64,000 nt of DNA from a virus. Taxonomy: Duplodnaviria; Caudoviricetes. The notes beneath the pieces are model-generated. The model saw only the letters and a list, made by a program, of their open reading frames with translations, made no database searches and was not told the DNA's origin. A program made the position numbers and the translations under genes. The DNA lies in IMG/VR virus record IMGVR_UViG_3300032038_000034, positions 1-64,000 of that record; one strand, 5' to 3'. Below, piece after piece: positions 13,136 to 25,897 of this stretch. The first letter of the stretch is position 1, and every line of letters starts with the position of its first letter.

Positions 13136-13654
13136 TTATCTTACTGTTTCATATAAACCTATAGTACCACCACCTTTAACTCTACCAGCCTCAACCTATT
13201 CTGCTTTAGCCTGCTTCATGGCAATATCTAGAGATTTAACTATATTACCTACATCCTTTAATATTCTCGTTACCTTTATAGCAGTATCTATGTCCATTAA
13301 ACCTTTTGAATAATCGTTAAGAGCTGCTATAAGTCCTTCTGCTGCTGTCTAAGATGCACTAAGTAATCTAGTACCAGGCGTTTCCTGAAACTCTATAAAG
13401 CGTCTTGCAAGCTGTTTTACTTCTTCAGAAGGAACGTAATGTTCATCTTTGAACACGTCCTTGGCTACAACAAATGGCCTCTAATCTATCGGATATGCTT
13501 CATAGGGGGTATTCCACTTATGTAGCCAAACTACGTATTCAATCTCTTTCAATGCTTGTTGTTTATCTTTAGCATTGTTGTAGTGATCTTTAAAGGGTGG
13601 TATAGCTAAATCTTCTGTAGAAATTTTAACTTTATCCCCTTGTATATCAAACAT
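13136..13654 (-). CDS. Conserved hypothetical protein (possible small terminase-like), 172 aa, 3 TAG
   Basis: MFDIQGDKVKISTEDLAIPPFKD...RVKGGGTIGLYETVR; open only if TAG is read through; absent from the track. Confidence 0.7.
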
Positions 13655-13748
13655 ATTGTCTTATAATTTTTGAACTTTCCATAAAATAAATAAAATTAAA
13701 TTAACATTAATAAACTCCGCATTGCAGCGCGGAAACTGTTAATCTTAA

Positions 13749-13838
13749 TTGCGACATGGGGTAGAGTCGAACTACCAACAGGTGCTTCCGTAACACATTA
13801 TATGCCTGTCTCCCGCTTTACCGTTAAGCTACCATGTC
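13749..13838 (-). ncRNA. tRNA-like RNA without a canonical anticodon arm
   Basis: Acceptor GACATGG/CCATGTC, D arm GCTT-AACGGTA-AAGC, T arm GGTAG-TTCGACT-CTACC; the anticodon region is replaced by a branched ACAGG/CCTGT segment; ends GCAA. Confidence 0.65.
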
Positions 13839-13878
13839 AAGTCCTCATTTTAGACACTCGAGGTTGTGTTATAGTTTA

Positions 13879-15087
13879 TTATCCATTTGGAAAATCTGTT
13901 GCAAATTGACTTAAAGGTCTTAATCTACCTGGACCAACATACTTCCACACATCTGCTGTTTGATATTGCGATAACAATTCGTCTTTTACATATATTGGAT
14001 ACGTTTGTCCAGTGTATGGCGTTGTTACATCTCTATTATCCTAATAACTTTCACCAAATGCATTTCCGAATGTGTTCTAATTCCAATTATCAGATGCGTC
14101 GTATACCGGAACTGTATTTGATAATACTTTTATCCAATTAATATTAGGACACTCGGTGAAAACGCTACGTTTTATAGTCGTCAATGTTTCTGGTAATACA
14201 ACATCAAGAAGTCCTTTGCAACAATGGAATGTACCTTCGCCCCACTTTGTACCGATTGTTGTAATACTTCCTAAACTTTTAACGTGTTTGATGGCAGTGT
14301 GTCTCTCCCAACTCATAATGAACGCTAGTTCACCGAGATTTTGTAGATTTGGTAGATCTATTGTGTCCGGAAAAACAGATTCTGGTACATTGCGAAATGC
14401 CTGGTCCCATATTTCGGTGATTCCGGTATTAAGTACAATTTTGTCAACCAGTCCAGAGCAATTATATAAACACTAAACGCCATATACCGTAACATTTGCA
14501 GTGTTTATAGACTTAAGTTTACTACAATCCGAAAATGCATAATAGCCCAAATAAGTAAGATTTTCCGTGTTTCCTATATTTTCAAGATTTGTACACTCTT
14601 CAAAATTCCAACGCTAGTATCCGTTGCTTCCAGAGATCTTGGTAATATTGCTCAGATCAATAGATACAAGGTTTGAACAATTGTTGAACGAATTGTTCTC
14701 CCCATTGATTTCTGTTATATTAACAAACTAAGACAGTTCATCGAACGAAGTAATTGACGAATTGTTTGCAAATTTTCCGTTAAAATTCTATATAAGCGCG
14801 ACTTGTGTGGTTGTAATTCCGGTTCCATCCCCCCAAGATTGTGTTAATATGCGTTGTACTTCTGGATCTTTAAATTCTAGATATTCTTTAGCAGCTTCTA
14901 CTCTCAATTCAGGACCAAATGTGTTATTCAAATACTAAACCTGGCTAGCATATCCGCTAGGACTCTTTAAATATCCAGAATACTACACTGTATTATTAGG
15001 ATCTATAGCCAGTTGATACATCTTCTTTATTATATTAGACGTAACCCACTCTACATTACTATTGTTCTATGTTACTGTTATATTCAT
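13879..15087 (-). CDS. BspA-type leucine-rich-repeat (LRR_5) protein, 402 aa, 9 TAG
   Basis: FKDPEVQRILTQSWGDGTGIT...ITSFDELS; repeats FNNCSNLVSIDL, FEECTNLENI, AFSDCSKLKSI, VVLPETLTTIKRSVFTECPNI. Confidence 0.85.
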
Positions 15088-15090
15088 ATG

Positions 15091-18000
15091 TTACCCTCTC
15101 CATTCAAATAGTACTTCATGCGTAATATAATCTTCAACTCTCAGGTATGTACCCACACAAAACGTGTCGTAATTTACACTGTTTGAAATAGTAATGTATG
15201 CAATTTCGCTATTTAACCACTTGTCTGTAAAATTATAAACCTGTTCGTCTGTGCCAACATTGTCCCAACGGTAACTGTAATCTGCACGGTACCACTGTGA
15301 ATAGAACTTTCCGTTTTCTATTGTTCCGTCGTTGTCTATATAAAAATCACTAAATATTTGTATTTTTTGGTGGTTTCTTACATCTATTGGTTGTGTGGTA
15401 AACGCTTTGTTACGTTCACTAAGACTCGTAATCTACGAATGCCATCCAAAAGTATAACCAATATACATAGCGCCAAAATAATTCTATGTAATCTTATCAA
15501 ACAGTTGAAATGCATTACATGTCTAAGAGGAGTCTTTTACAATCTACAACAATGTAAGATTCTTATAACCATCTAACCATACTCCACTTGGTGTAAGTAC
15601 AGTAGGTCTAATAATACTTACAGATGTAGGCAAACCTAACTCATACTTAGTAACTTTAGAATCGGCGGGTATTAATACGTTTATTGACGTTCCATTTGCA
15701 TCAACCTACTGTAAATTAGCATATCCAGATAGATCTATATCGTCCGTTAATCCAGAGCAATTCTGAATAGAGAATGTTCTAAGATCTCTTACGTTGGACA
15801 AATCTATATTTACGATACCTTCATAAACAGATGTGAGATAAGATGCTCCATCAAGATTAATTCCAGTAATATTTGGTAAAGACTTTAATATACTGTTATT
15901 ATTGTATATAAGTGTCTATAACTAATCTGGAGTGCTCGATACGGTAATCCAATTAGCGTTGCTGTTATATTGTCCACTAGTACTAATTGTTCCGGTTAAC
16001 AAACAACAAATACTCTTATAGAAGCTTGTATCAAAGTTAGCGCCAAACTGTTCTACATATGCAGCATTAATCAAGCCCCATAAAGCAGTACCTTCTTGAG
16101 CTACAACACTATCTTGTACAAGTATAAAATCTTGTGACAATGTAGTAATCATACCTCCAAGTTTTACATCTGCTGTAAGCGTATACTTAGTAGGAGTTGT
16201 AGTAACACTATTTTGTACATACAAAGGAATAAAATACTTATATGTATCGTCAGTAGCTTTGTATCCAGTAGTATAAGATAACTCTGTTACAGAACTATCT
16301 ACAAACGGGTGTTCAATTGTATTTCCAGAAGTGAATGTTGTATAATCTAATCCGTTTGTAAACGCAGAGCACAACTGTCCATCTTTGTACAGCTTGAATT
16401 TAACGTATTCTATAGGCGTCTTTTTGGGATTATTTACATACTTACCATCTTCTTTAAACTGAACTCCAAAGAGTTGATTGCCTGTTTGTTTTCCTATAAC
16501 AAATACATCGGCGTCTTTAAAATATCTATATGCACTAACACTGCTACCTGCATTTGCGGTCTTGAGATCTCCGTTTACGCTTAAGAATATTTCTTGTGGG
16601 TAATCCAAAGCTTTAATATGCACAATTACAGATCCAGATCCACTAATCAATTTAACATCGTAGTCTTGACCAGTGGTATTAGGATAAGTCTTAAGATAAT
16701 AAATAAAGTCTTCTCCAAGTTGTGTTGCTGTAATAGAACAAGCTACATTTCCACTTCCAGCAGGATATATATAAGAGTCGGAAGACATTTGCGAGTTAGG
16801 TGCTGCAAGAGAGAATTGTGTTTCTGCAAAACTTGATTGTAGTCTAAATCTTGTTGCTGAAATTCTAGCAGACGTTCCTTCCTTCAAATATATCTCACCA
16901 TCTACTACATATGCATCCTGTCCAACTGTAATTGCAGTATAATCAAGAGCTTGGTCAATAACAAGTCCACCACTATTCAACGTAAATGCATCTGTACCAA
17001 ACCAAGTAGACAAATATGATGTTTGTATACCTGTTAACGCTGTCGCATCTGTAATCATTACATAACCTTTTGCGAAGTTAGTAACGTTTGGATGAAGTTG
17101 GTAAGAAGCTGTATAATCAATATTGTTGAACTTGGCAATGTATTCCAATTCAGAATAGCTCAAGCCAGGAATGGATTCGTTATCCCAATAGATGTTTTCT
17201 ACCTGCAAGTTTCTTTCTCTAAACAAAGAATCAATATATTCTTGTAAAGTATTATATCCTTGAGTAGCTTCTACATGATTATTCCAATCTTCTGTACCCC
17301 AAGCAATAATAGAATATATCCAATCTGTTACAAACTATCTAGCACAAGCATATTTACCGGTAGTTCCTTTGAACGAAACAGATAACAAACTTCTAGGGAT
17401 TGCAGTATTTATTTCTGCCGAATCTATTGTATACTTATTATATGCTGCGGATGTAACTTCATCTACAGTGTAATCCTCCATTACTGGAGTAACACCATCT
17501 TCTTCGTATACAACATTTCCCTGTTCGTCTGTTACTTCTTGTTGATAAGTATGCGTTGTTACAGTACCTGGCGTACTTGTCCAGAATGACAGCTTATTGG
17601 GATTCCATGTCGTACTGTTAAAGGTGATAGAAGTAAGTGTATCAGGAAGTTCAAGAGTATCGTAGTCAGTACCAATAGCACTAGTTAAAGTCAATAGACC
17701 AGAACCAGCAGCGTTTAGCTTGGTTATTGTTTTTACATTCTCTAAGAATGACAAACCTTTAATACCTTTTTGGCCTCTGATGTTTAGCTCTTCAAGAGCG
17801 TTCATAGAGTTACCAGCTTCAATTGTCACAGACTTATTATTTTCTGAACCCTCTAGATGATTAGCCGTCTCTACAGAAATAGGAACACCTATATTAACTT
17901 TTGTAATAGTAGGACCTACTTCTGATGAATACGAGTTTGTCGTAGAGAATACCTGCAAACCTGCAGCGATACTACTAATATCAATCTCTCTGATAAAGTT

Positions 18001-21000
18001 CGCACCGTATATCTTAAACGGAACTTTTGCACCAGAGTTAATTATAGAAACATCAAAGTGTAAAGGATTTGTTATACTAGCTGCAAATGGTCCAAACTTG
18101 GTAGCCTCTCTTTCAAATGAGAAATATGTGTCAGCATAAGGAGTAATATCAATAGTACCATTTACGTTGTGCATTTCACAACCAAAGTACATACTCTTTT
18201 TCTTAAACTCACCAACACCCCATTTAGCATCGTAATAGTCCATTGACGTTTTTAACCACCAGTGTCTGTGTGTAGTACGAGCACCTTGTAACCAGGCCAA
18301 CCAGTCGTCATTGAATCCCGGAAGAATGTTTCCGTTATCGTCAACGTTTTGTCTGTTCTTTACATACTTAAACAAACCACTTTCATTATAGATAGACTCG
18401 GACCACTCATTCTGATATTCGTTGTCGAGCATGTCAATCACATTCTCGTACTTGAGGCCTGCTTCATATAACGCATCTGCTACTTTTGGAACAATTGTTT
18501 CCATCCAATAAGGCCAAGCTTCGAGAGCGTCAAACAACCAGTTAGATACCATTGTGTCTGCAATCTTATCATTGTTAGTATCTATTCTAGATCTACCAGA
18601 TATTGCTGCAGTATCAGCATCCATCATTGTGTTTCTGTCTATAGGAGGATTAAATGCGATGCCACCAGTGTTACGGTTACCTAGCGCAATATCCATATCC
18701 CAAGGCTCGTAGTGGAAATGTTGTCCGTCGTATGTCTTTATTTGAGCGTTACGCTCTAATGAGTCCACAAGTCCAAAACGCAGTACAAAGATATAATAAG
18801 CAGCCATCTTATACAAATCCAAATGCTAGGGAGCTTCAGCTTCAAACTTAGCTTGGTTTTGATATGTACTTACGATCCATCCTAGCCAGTCTGTAAATGG
18901 TTGTACAGTACGTCTAAATTTATCAGGATCGAATTGCTTTGATGTGGTTATTTCTTCCTTCTCTGGATATACAAGCTCAAAGTCTTCTTCCCAACCAATA
19001 GACGTTGTATCTTCGGTACGACCGCTTATAAAGTCGTCGTATCTACGTTTGCTGTTGTCAGCAACATATCCACGGAAATCTGCAAGAGTACTGTTTACAG
19101 ACAAACACTCGATTCTAAGAACTTTATCGTTGTCCCAAATCTTAGACCCATCATCTTCATCCCACAAAGAATTTCCTTCCTGATCACGTTTAACACAGAA
19201 AGGATCTTGTGCATTGTTTGTACCGTTCTTAGAATCTACTACTTTATAAATAGATCGCTGTCCATATGTGTAATCAGACTTCTTATCGTCCATAAATACA
19301 TACTGTCCTAAGAACGAAGGAGCTGTTTCTCCTTTATCTAAGTTTTGATAAAACACCAAACACGGGAATGAATCAGGAGCTGTTCTTATTGTGTATGGGA
19401 ACAATGTTTCTCCAAAATAATCTCCCCATTGTTTTCCATCTGTGTTAAATCCTCTAAACAGATTGTTTGTTGCAGCATCTGTAGTATTATCTCCAGTTTG
19501 TAGAGATATTACCTGATTTGTGGTAAACAGTTGAGGTGGAGTTCTTAGCTTATATTCGTTATCTACTTTAGCGTTAAACCAAGTGTCCTAAATAAGTCTT
19601 AAGAAGCCACCATTGTGTGTACCAGATGAATCAGCGTAGTTGGCTTGTAATACAAACTTATTAGCTGGAATTGCGTCATCCTTCATTTGATATCTGTTCT
19701 TTGTAAACGGAATATCAGCAGAAGCATCTATTGTCATTGTTGGTCTTGTTTCGTCAACAGAAGACCATGTCCACAGTTTATATGATGTAAGTGGATAGTT
19801 AAGAGTAGATTGGCCGTGCTTTCTAATTCTACCGTGCGTAACAACAAAATCTTTTGTACTATCTTTAAGATTTATTCTTTGAATATCGCACGCAACGTTA
19901 GACCCTGACTTGGTCGTGTCTCTGTCTAGCACAGCAGATAGGTTACCTTTGATTATAATAACATCTGATAAATCTGCGCATAGGTTTTGATCGATTACGC
20001 CAGATTTATAGATATTGTTTTTGGCAATGATATCCTTTTTATTTTCACTATCGTATACAAAGTTGTCGTATGCGTTTGTTATAGTAATCGCTTTAGAATA
20101 ACATCTCATACCATAAACCCTTATACCAGAGTTTACGCCGCCAATTTTAATGTTTCCAGAATTAGAATTAAATACAGACGGATTATAATCTTTCCACCCT
20201 GCTGCGCGTTCTACAATACCATTGTTAACTATAAATATGACGTTTCTCATATCTTCGCTAACATCTTGAGCAGTTCTTGGCTCTACGATAAACGCAAGTT
20301 TAACGCGCTCATTTGCCTTATAGTTTGTAGTAATCACCGGAGTGTTTTGTATGTACAAAGACGCTCTATTCGCAAATATACTAATATGCGGGTCAGAAGC
20401 GATAGTTCCACCAAGCCTAATAAGTTCTTCATCTGTAGAAGAAACATATTCGGACTCGAAATCTATTTCTACTGTCACACCTTTTGTTTCGGCATTTATA
20501 TTATAGAAAGGATTGTAATTAATAACGGCATAAGAATTTTCACCAGACAGTCTTAAACTATTCTCGTACCAACCGTTTGCAGAATTCCACTTTACGCCAG
20601 TAAACGTAGTGGAATATTCGTCATATGTCCATTCGTCTACATTATAACTATCGTTCTGTTTTCCGTAAGCCGACAGTTTTAATCTCAAATCAATACCTGT
20701 AGTTTCGGTTACGTTTAAGGAACTTTGATTGATCTATATGGGAATAGCTATGATTTCTAAATTGTCCCTATATGCCACAAGATATGTCTTCCTTCCTACA
20801 TGAGTAAAGTCCGTAGGAGTAAAAGTAAATGTTGGAGCATTTATGTTTGGTGTACATCTATATGTATTTATGAGCGTTTCTACAACATCTGTATCGTCGT
20901 CTTCGCTCATGTCTCTAAGATACCAAGACACATCATTCTGTTTTTGGTCTACATATCTAATATATCCCCAATCAAACGAAAGTTGCTCGTATTGTGTAGC

Positions 21001-22050
21001 AGTCATTTGAAATTCTGTAGGTCCAACAAGACTTATTCTGTCATTGAAATCATATTTTAGCGAAATACCGTCTATTTTACGTTCACCGCCTTGCGTATAT
21101 GCTACATTTATAATATAGTATATAAGATTGCTGTAGAAATTATAATTGTCTATTGACATCTATCCCCACACCTAAACAGTATGTAGCCCGGCTTTCATGT
21201 TTATTAAATCTTGAGAACCAGATTCTTTATAACTTGCACTAGGAGTAAGGTTGTTTTCTTCAGCAGAAGAAATGTTAAATGTAGAATTTACGGTCTCTTG
21301 AGCACCTTCTTCTAAAGTATTGTCCCCATAATAATATCTACAAGTCTTAAAGCTGAGAGGGCCCTTTATATTTCTGTTGGCATACATACCAAACTACAGC
21401 TACGACAGATTCTTTTGTAGGGCTGTATATTCCAGATCAGTTCCTATATTAAGTTGAACTGCTGTAATATATACAGTCTGTGTTGTTTCTGCACCAGATG
21501 TAGTTCCTTTAAACGACATTTTTATCGTATTGGTACCTAACGACAAATGTTGGGTCATATCCATTACAACGCTTTTATTAGCCGGATCCAGTCGTCGTAT
21601 GTCACGATAACCGTTTTCTGCAATTTCATATGTAACGTTTACAACCTCGTCTAAAGTTTGGTTCTTATCGTTCTTTACTTCCCAAGTATACCGTATCTCT
21701 GCACCACTTTGTCCCTCTATGCCGTATCTAATATAGCTTTCTCTGTTGCTAGTAATAGATATCTCTATTCCGTATTCCGAAGGGGCCACAAAGTTTGTTA
21801 TTTCAAGGTCTTTGTATGCTACAGGATCGTTAAGCCATGCCAAGTGCGCATCATAGCTACTAAACACTCTGTATAAGTGAGCGTCTCTATCTCTATATAT
21901 ATAGATCGGCTTTTTTAGCTTTTCTTGCAACAGCTCTCTAATTCTGGCACCAGACACCGGAAGATTAGATGTATCATTGCCCCCCGTAAGACTGTTTTCT
22001 CCAGACACCCAGTCTGTAAATTCGTTTATTTTTTCAGTATATAAATCCAT
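15091..22050 (-). CDS. Giant structural protein, 2319 aa, with LamG-like, CotH-kinase-like and LRR regions; TAG-recoded
   Basis: Seven track fragments (21400, 21172, 20734, 19588, 18826, 17335, 15922) share one frame, separated only by TAG; ends TAA 15091; motifs ANYADSSGTHNG, FLGQYVFMDDK, DSLERN...PWDMDIALG. Confidence 0.85.
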
Positions 22051-22051
22051 G

Positions 22052-22240
22052 TTATTTTATTTCGTCAGTCCAAGGTGTTTCGTCAGTCCAAGGATATTCG
22101 TCCATCCAATATCCGTTGGCATAACAACTTAATAATTCTGTTAATTTACTCCAGACTAATTTTAGTCCGCTGTATACTCTTATAATATCCCTATTACCAC
22201 TATAAACACCAGTTATTGTGTGATTGTTTATGTGTATCAT
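22052..22240 (-). CDS. Small tail-associated hypothetical protein
   Basis: 62 aa, tightly packed; YANGYWMDEYPWTDETPW C-terminus. Confidence 0.7.
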   Translation of the reverse strand: MIHINNHTITGVYSGNRDIIRVYSGLKLVWSKLTELLSCYANGYWMDEYPWTDETPWTDEIK

Positions 22241-22246
22241 AGTTTA

Positions 22247-23248
22247 TTATGCTGCCCAGGGTCCCTGGTTGTTTGCTTTAGCCCAAGAAATATATGTTAC
22301 GATATCACCCCATGTGCAATGTGGATCGTTGCTGTCAATAACATCATAGAAATCGTCGGCTTGCTTTACATACTTCAGTGCGTTTGTAGCTGTCTTGCCG
22401 CTAGGAGTGTTGTCAAAGATACCGGTATTGTCTGTCTTACCAGAAGCTTCGGTCTGACGAGTAGCAAGATAAATCTCACCGTTCTTGTTGAAACGATATT
22501 CGTCTGTAAATAATGAACTCTTTTCGGTGTTGAATGTACCGAATTCGAGACCGTCACCACCGCCATGTTCGAACTTAATCTTGTTCATATTACCATCGCT
22601 GTCATAACCCTTAGGTTGAATAGCAATACCACCATGGTCTTCGCAACGAAGATCGATAGCGTTTGCACGAACCTTCAAATAGCCGTATTGGCCATTAGAT
22701 GCAGTAGCCTTCTTAGCTTTTGTGCCAGTCTTAACTTCTACATTCATAATGTTGGCTTTATCTGCGGTATTGTCTTTTCCTGCAGCTGCACGAGCCTTAT
22801 TCTTTTCAGCAATAGTAATAGCCTTGTCTTTAGTTGTAAGGATTACGTTTGATGCGTTTAATTGAAGATCTACAGGATATTCATCGATCTCAGCCTGATC
22901 AGTAGCAGAAACCTCTGCACCATTAAGAACCTTTATAGCCAGTTCTTCTGGATCTTTTCTGTGATGAGAATACAATGTAACGTCGTCGCCAGGTTTGATT
23001 TGAAGATCGCTATACGGTTCGATATTAATTTTACCACCTTTTACCTTATTATTCTCGTCGATGTATTGATCTGCATCCGTAGTAACAAGGTTAAGGTTGT
23101 GTTTGTTTGTGCCATCAAAATAGACATGTGTGTCGTTATTTCCTGCACCGTTAGCTCCCAATTCATTTACATCGGCAGCGAGGCTGTTCCATTCAGCTGC
23201 TGTCAGCTGATCGCCTGGATTTTTACTTGCGTTATGCTTTAAATTCAT
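22247..23248 (-). CDS. Tail/structural protein, 333 aa, TAG-free
   Basis: N-terminal KNPGDQLTAAEWNSL motif; biased codon usage. Confidence 0.75.
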   Translation of the reverse strand: MNLKHNASKNPGDQLTAAEWNSLAADVNELGANGAGNNDTHVYFDGTNKHNLNLVTTDADQYIDENNKVKGGKINIEPYSDLQIKPGDDVTLYSHHRKDPEELAIKVLNGAEVSATDQAEIDEYPVDLQLNASNVILTTKDKAITIAEKNKARAAAGKDNTADKANIMNVEVKTGTKAKKATASNGQYGYLKVRANAIDLRCEDHGGIAIQPKGYDSDGNMNKIKFEHGGGDGLEFGTFNTEKSSLFTDEYRFNKNGEIYLATRQTEASGKTDNTGIFDNTPSGKTATNALKYVKQADDFYDVIDSNDPHCTWGDIVTYISWAKANNQGPWAA

Positions 23249-23253
23249 AGTTA

Positions 23254-24618
23254 TTATATTAATGTTATTGGGAACTCACCGATACCGTTACCCCCACTGA
23301 GGATAACTGGGAACGTTCCTTCAAATGTCCAATTTGTTGTTTCTTCTTCTCCTTCGTATGTGAAGTAGTATGTTGATTTATCTACAAGGCCTCTACTTAC
23401 AAGATTTTGATATGCTTGTTCAGTAAGAGTAGACATCCTGTTGGCGACACCAGCGTTACCAGATCCATCGTCAACGGTCTCACCATCGTACCCAGAAATA
23501 CTTATTGCTGTGGGATCCGACTTAGACCATTCTGCATTATCTGGTAAATACACATCCTTCTTCAATACATACTTATCATCAATGATCTGTTGAACAACGG
23601 AAAGCGCTCTCGACATATCTGTAGCAAGAGCATAGTTTCCTCTCTTTTGATAAGTATCGTCTGCGTAATCTAAGATGAAATCTGATTCATCTCTAAGTTC
23701 TTGCCGAGTAGCATAATCTCCAACAGGTTGATACGTGTCCTAAGCATCCTGTTTAGTAATGTAGTTGTCTGATACGTTTTGTAGTATATAGTTATGATCT
23801 TCCTGAGCTTGTTGCTTAGTCATGTATGGCTCTAGATTTATCTCAGGAGCTTTCTCACCTTCTTCGTGCCAAGTCTGTGTATTGGCATCCCATTTATATT
23901 CTATATACTGCGTTTCTTCTCCGTTCTTTACCTCCAACCAATATATCTTATTGGGATTTGGATTGTTAGGAAGTTCTTGTACTATTACTACAGGATCTAC
24001 ATCGAGAGTTACACTTATTTCTGATCCCTGTATTGATATACCGTTTCCAGCAGTTAATGTGTTTTGTTTTCCAGCCAAGCCAGTAGAAAGTTCCTGTTTT
24101 GTTGCACAATTTTCAGGAACGTCCGTAAGCTTAGCGTATTCTTCTAATGTGGATGCGTCGACTTTATTGCTCAACGCTTCAGCTATTACCTTGTTTTGTA
24201 CGGGGTTTGTAGATGTTGGATTCAACCTACTGTCAACTGTAATATCGACAGTCTACGATGGAATGTCTATGTTGTTGATAGACGCAACAGTCGTTTTTAA
24301 CTGTTCTATATCAGATTGCATCTACTCTAGCTGACTAGTAGAAGCATATTGTACATCTATCTCTCCTTTAGAATTCTCAAATTTAAGTAGACCGTTTTTA
24401 TACGATATCTTAAAAACCTCATCGTCTAAAGAGTTTTTAAAAGTTAGCGTATTATCATCTACATCTGTTGTATAAGGTCCGTCACAAACATACTCTTTAT
24501 TATGCGTCCATATACGAAGTTTGTCTTGTATAAAGACAATGGCGTCATTAGGGATGTCTTTAAGATCTCTCTAAAACGCTTGATATGTTTTGTAATTATA
24601 AAATCTGTATTGTTTCAT
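23254..24618 (-). CDS. Tail fibre-like protein, 454 aa, 4 TAG
   Basis: ATG 24618; joins 23740..24225 and 23254..23616; motifs AIVFIQDKLRIWTHNKEY, STNPVQNKVI, KQNTLTAGNGISI. Confidence 0.8.
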
Positions 24619-24650
24619 GGATCGCCATTTAGTAGTTTATATATATGGCT

Positions 24651-24675
24651 AAAGGGGGCTCTTTCGAGTCCCCTA
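24651..24675 (-). terminator. Hairpin downstream of dUTPase
   Basis: AGGGGACTC-GAAA-GAGCCCCCT-TT on the minus strand. Confidence 0.5.
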
Positions 24676-24735
24676 ACCAAATACTGAAGCATTGCCAGAC
24701 TAATGTACGCCGCTTCCCAGGCTTTTATTACGTAA

Positions 24736-25305
24736 TTATTGTGCCTGCTCAGGGGTGTTTACCTCCCCCGCCGCTACCTCTGTTTGCAGTCCGTCGACCT
24801 TTTCCTCCTCTATAGCGGGAGAGTCAGCGGAGCCTGTTGGCGCGCTCTGTGTGTTTTCAGTAGGCACGTCTGTTGATCCATATCCTCCGTCACCTCTATC
24901 AGAATCGGAAAGTTCAAGTGTTTCTGTAAAAGTAGCGTCTGCAATAGGAATAATCAAAAGCTGTGCAAACTTATCGCCTTCGCGATATACGGCCGGAACC
25001 ACATCTGTAGTAGTTCTAAACTTGGCCATGATCTCACCACGATACCCAGAGTCGATTACACCAGGACTGTTTGTGAGTGTGAGTGATTTCTTAAAAATAG
25101 AAGATCTTGGCGTAAGCAGTCCACAGTATCCCTCAGGGATCTCAACTGCCAAATCAGTATGATAAACCAAGATAAGTTGTCCGCACTCATTAATCTCCGT
25201 AGTGATTCTTGTGGCAACTAAATCAAATCCTGCGTCCGTTTTATGGGCGCGTACCGGAGCTACTGCTCGCGGATCAAGTTTCTTAAAATTAATATTCATG
25301 TTCAT
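24736..25305 (-). CDS. dut: dUTPase (trimeric)
   Basis: Motifs AGFDL, PRSS, GVIDSGYRGEI, RGDGGYGST; start moved to ATG 25305 because the track start lies inside the tRNA. Confidence 0.95.
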   Translation of the reverse strand: MNMNINFKKLDPRAVAPVRAHKTDAGFDLVATRITTEINECGQLILVYHTDLAVEIPEGYCGLLTPRSSIFKKSLTLTNSPGVIDSGYRGEIMAKFRTTTDVVPAVYREGDKFAQLLIIPIADATFTETLELSDSDRGDGGYGSTDVPTENTQSAPTGSADSPAIEEEKVDGLQTEVAAGEVNTPEQAQ

Positions 25306-25315
25306 TCTATTTTGT

Positions 25316-25389
25316 TGGTCTTCCCGCAACGACTCGAACGCTGACCAAGAGGGTTAGAGCCTCCTGTGCTACCATTACACCACGGGACG
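25316..25389 (-). tRNA. Amber suppressor tRNA (anticodon CUA), tRNA-Gln-like body
   Basis: CGTCCCG TG GTGT AATGGT AGCAC A GGAGG CT-CTA-AC CCTCT TGGT CAGCG TTCGAGT CGTTG CGGGAAG A CCA. Confidence 0.93.
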
Positions 25390-25442
25390 GGGGTGGCTCT
25401 TTTAACGACTGAGCCAGAAGATGTCGAAATACTCATATTAGA

Positions 25443-25530
25443 TTGCGGCCCTGGGAAGATTCGAACTTCCTACATTCCCGCCGGAACAACCGACATATAA
25501 CAGTGCCTACCACAATTTATACTATGATCA
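25443..25530 (-). pseudogene. Degenerate tRNA-like element
   Basis: Perfect T arm GGAAG-TTCGAAT-CTTCC followed by CAGGGCC-GCAA; no matching 5' acceptor strand or anticodon loop. Confidence 0.4.
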
Positions 25531-25600
25531 AATTTTCATGTTGTGCCCTACTGCAGTCGCGATCTGCTGGATTCTTTATCTGTAGGGCTTACCTCAATTA

Positions 25601-25882
25601 TTACTTACCGCAAATCCAGTTCCAAAGTCGCTTATACCAAGGCTTCTTCTCTGTCTTCTTACATTCACAGGTCATAAAGATTACAACCTCCGAAGTACAC
25701 TTTGCGTTGTTCTTAACAAGATCAAGTTCGTCTGACGTGATTGCAACGTTGTTGCGAACCTTCTCTTCAATGTAGTTGCTATAGATGTCGTTTACAGTCT
25801 CGCAACCGATTGTATTAATCAAGAACTCAGGCTTAGTTACCTTTTTAGTTCTCTTTACAGTCTTTGTATTTTTCTTAGTCAT
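25601..25882 (-). CDS. Hypothetical protein
   Basis: 93 aa, basic N-terminus, KKPWYKRLWNWI C-terminus. Confidence 0.7.
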   Translation of the reverse strand: MTKKNTKTVKRTKKVTKPEFLINTIGCETVNDIYSNYIEEKVRNNVAITSDELDLVKNNAKCTSEVVIFMTCECKKTEKKPWYKRLWNWICGK

Positions 25883-25897
25883 ATCTGTATATATTTA

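Noticed and set aside
6213-24618. Fragmented structural genes interpreted as pseudogenes, frameshifts or intron-split genes
   Set aside because: All fragments share a frame and are separated only by TAG; explained by recoding.
10744-24618. Diversity-generating retroelement acting on tail genes
   Set aside because: No reverse transcriptase and no template/variable repeat pair seen in this window.
25306-25329. N-terminal extension of dUTPase given in the ORF track
   Set aside because: It overlaps the suppressor tRNA 3' end; ATG 25305 or 25299 is the plausible start.
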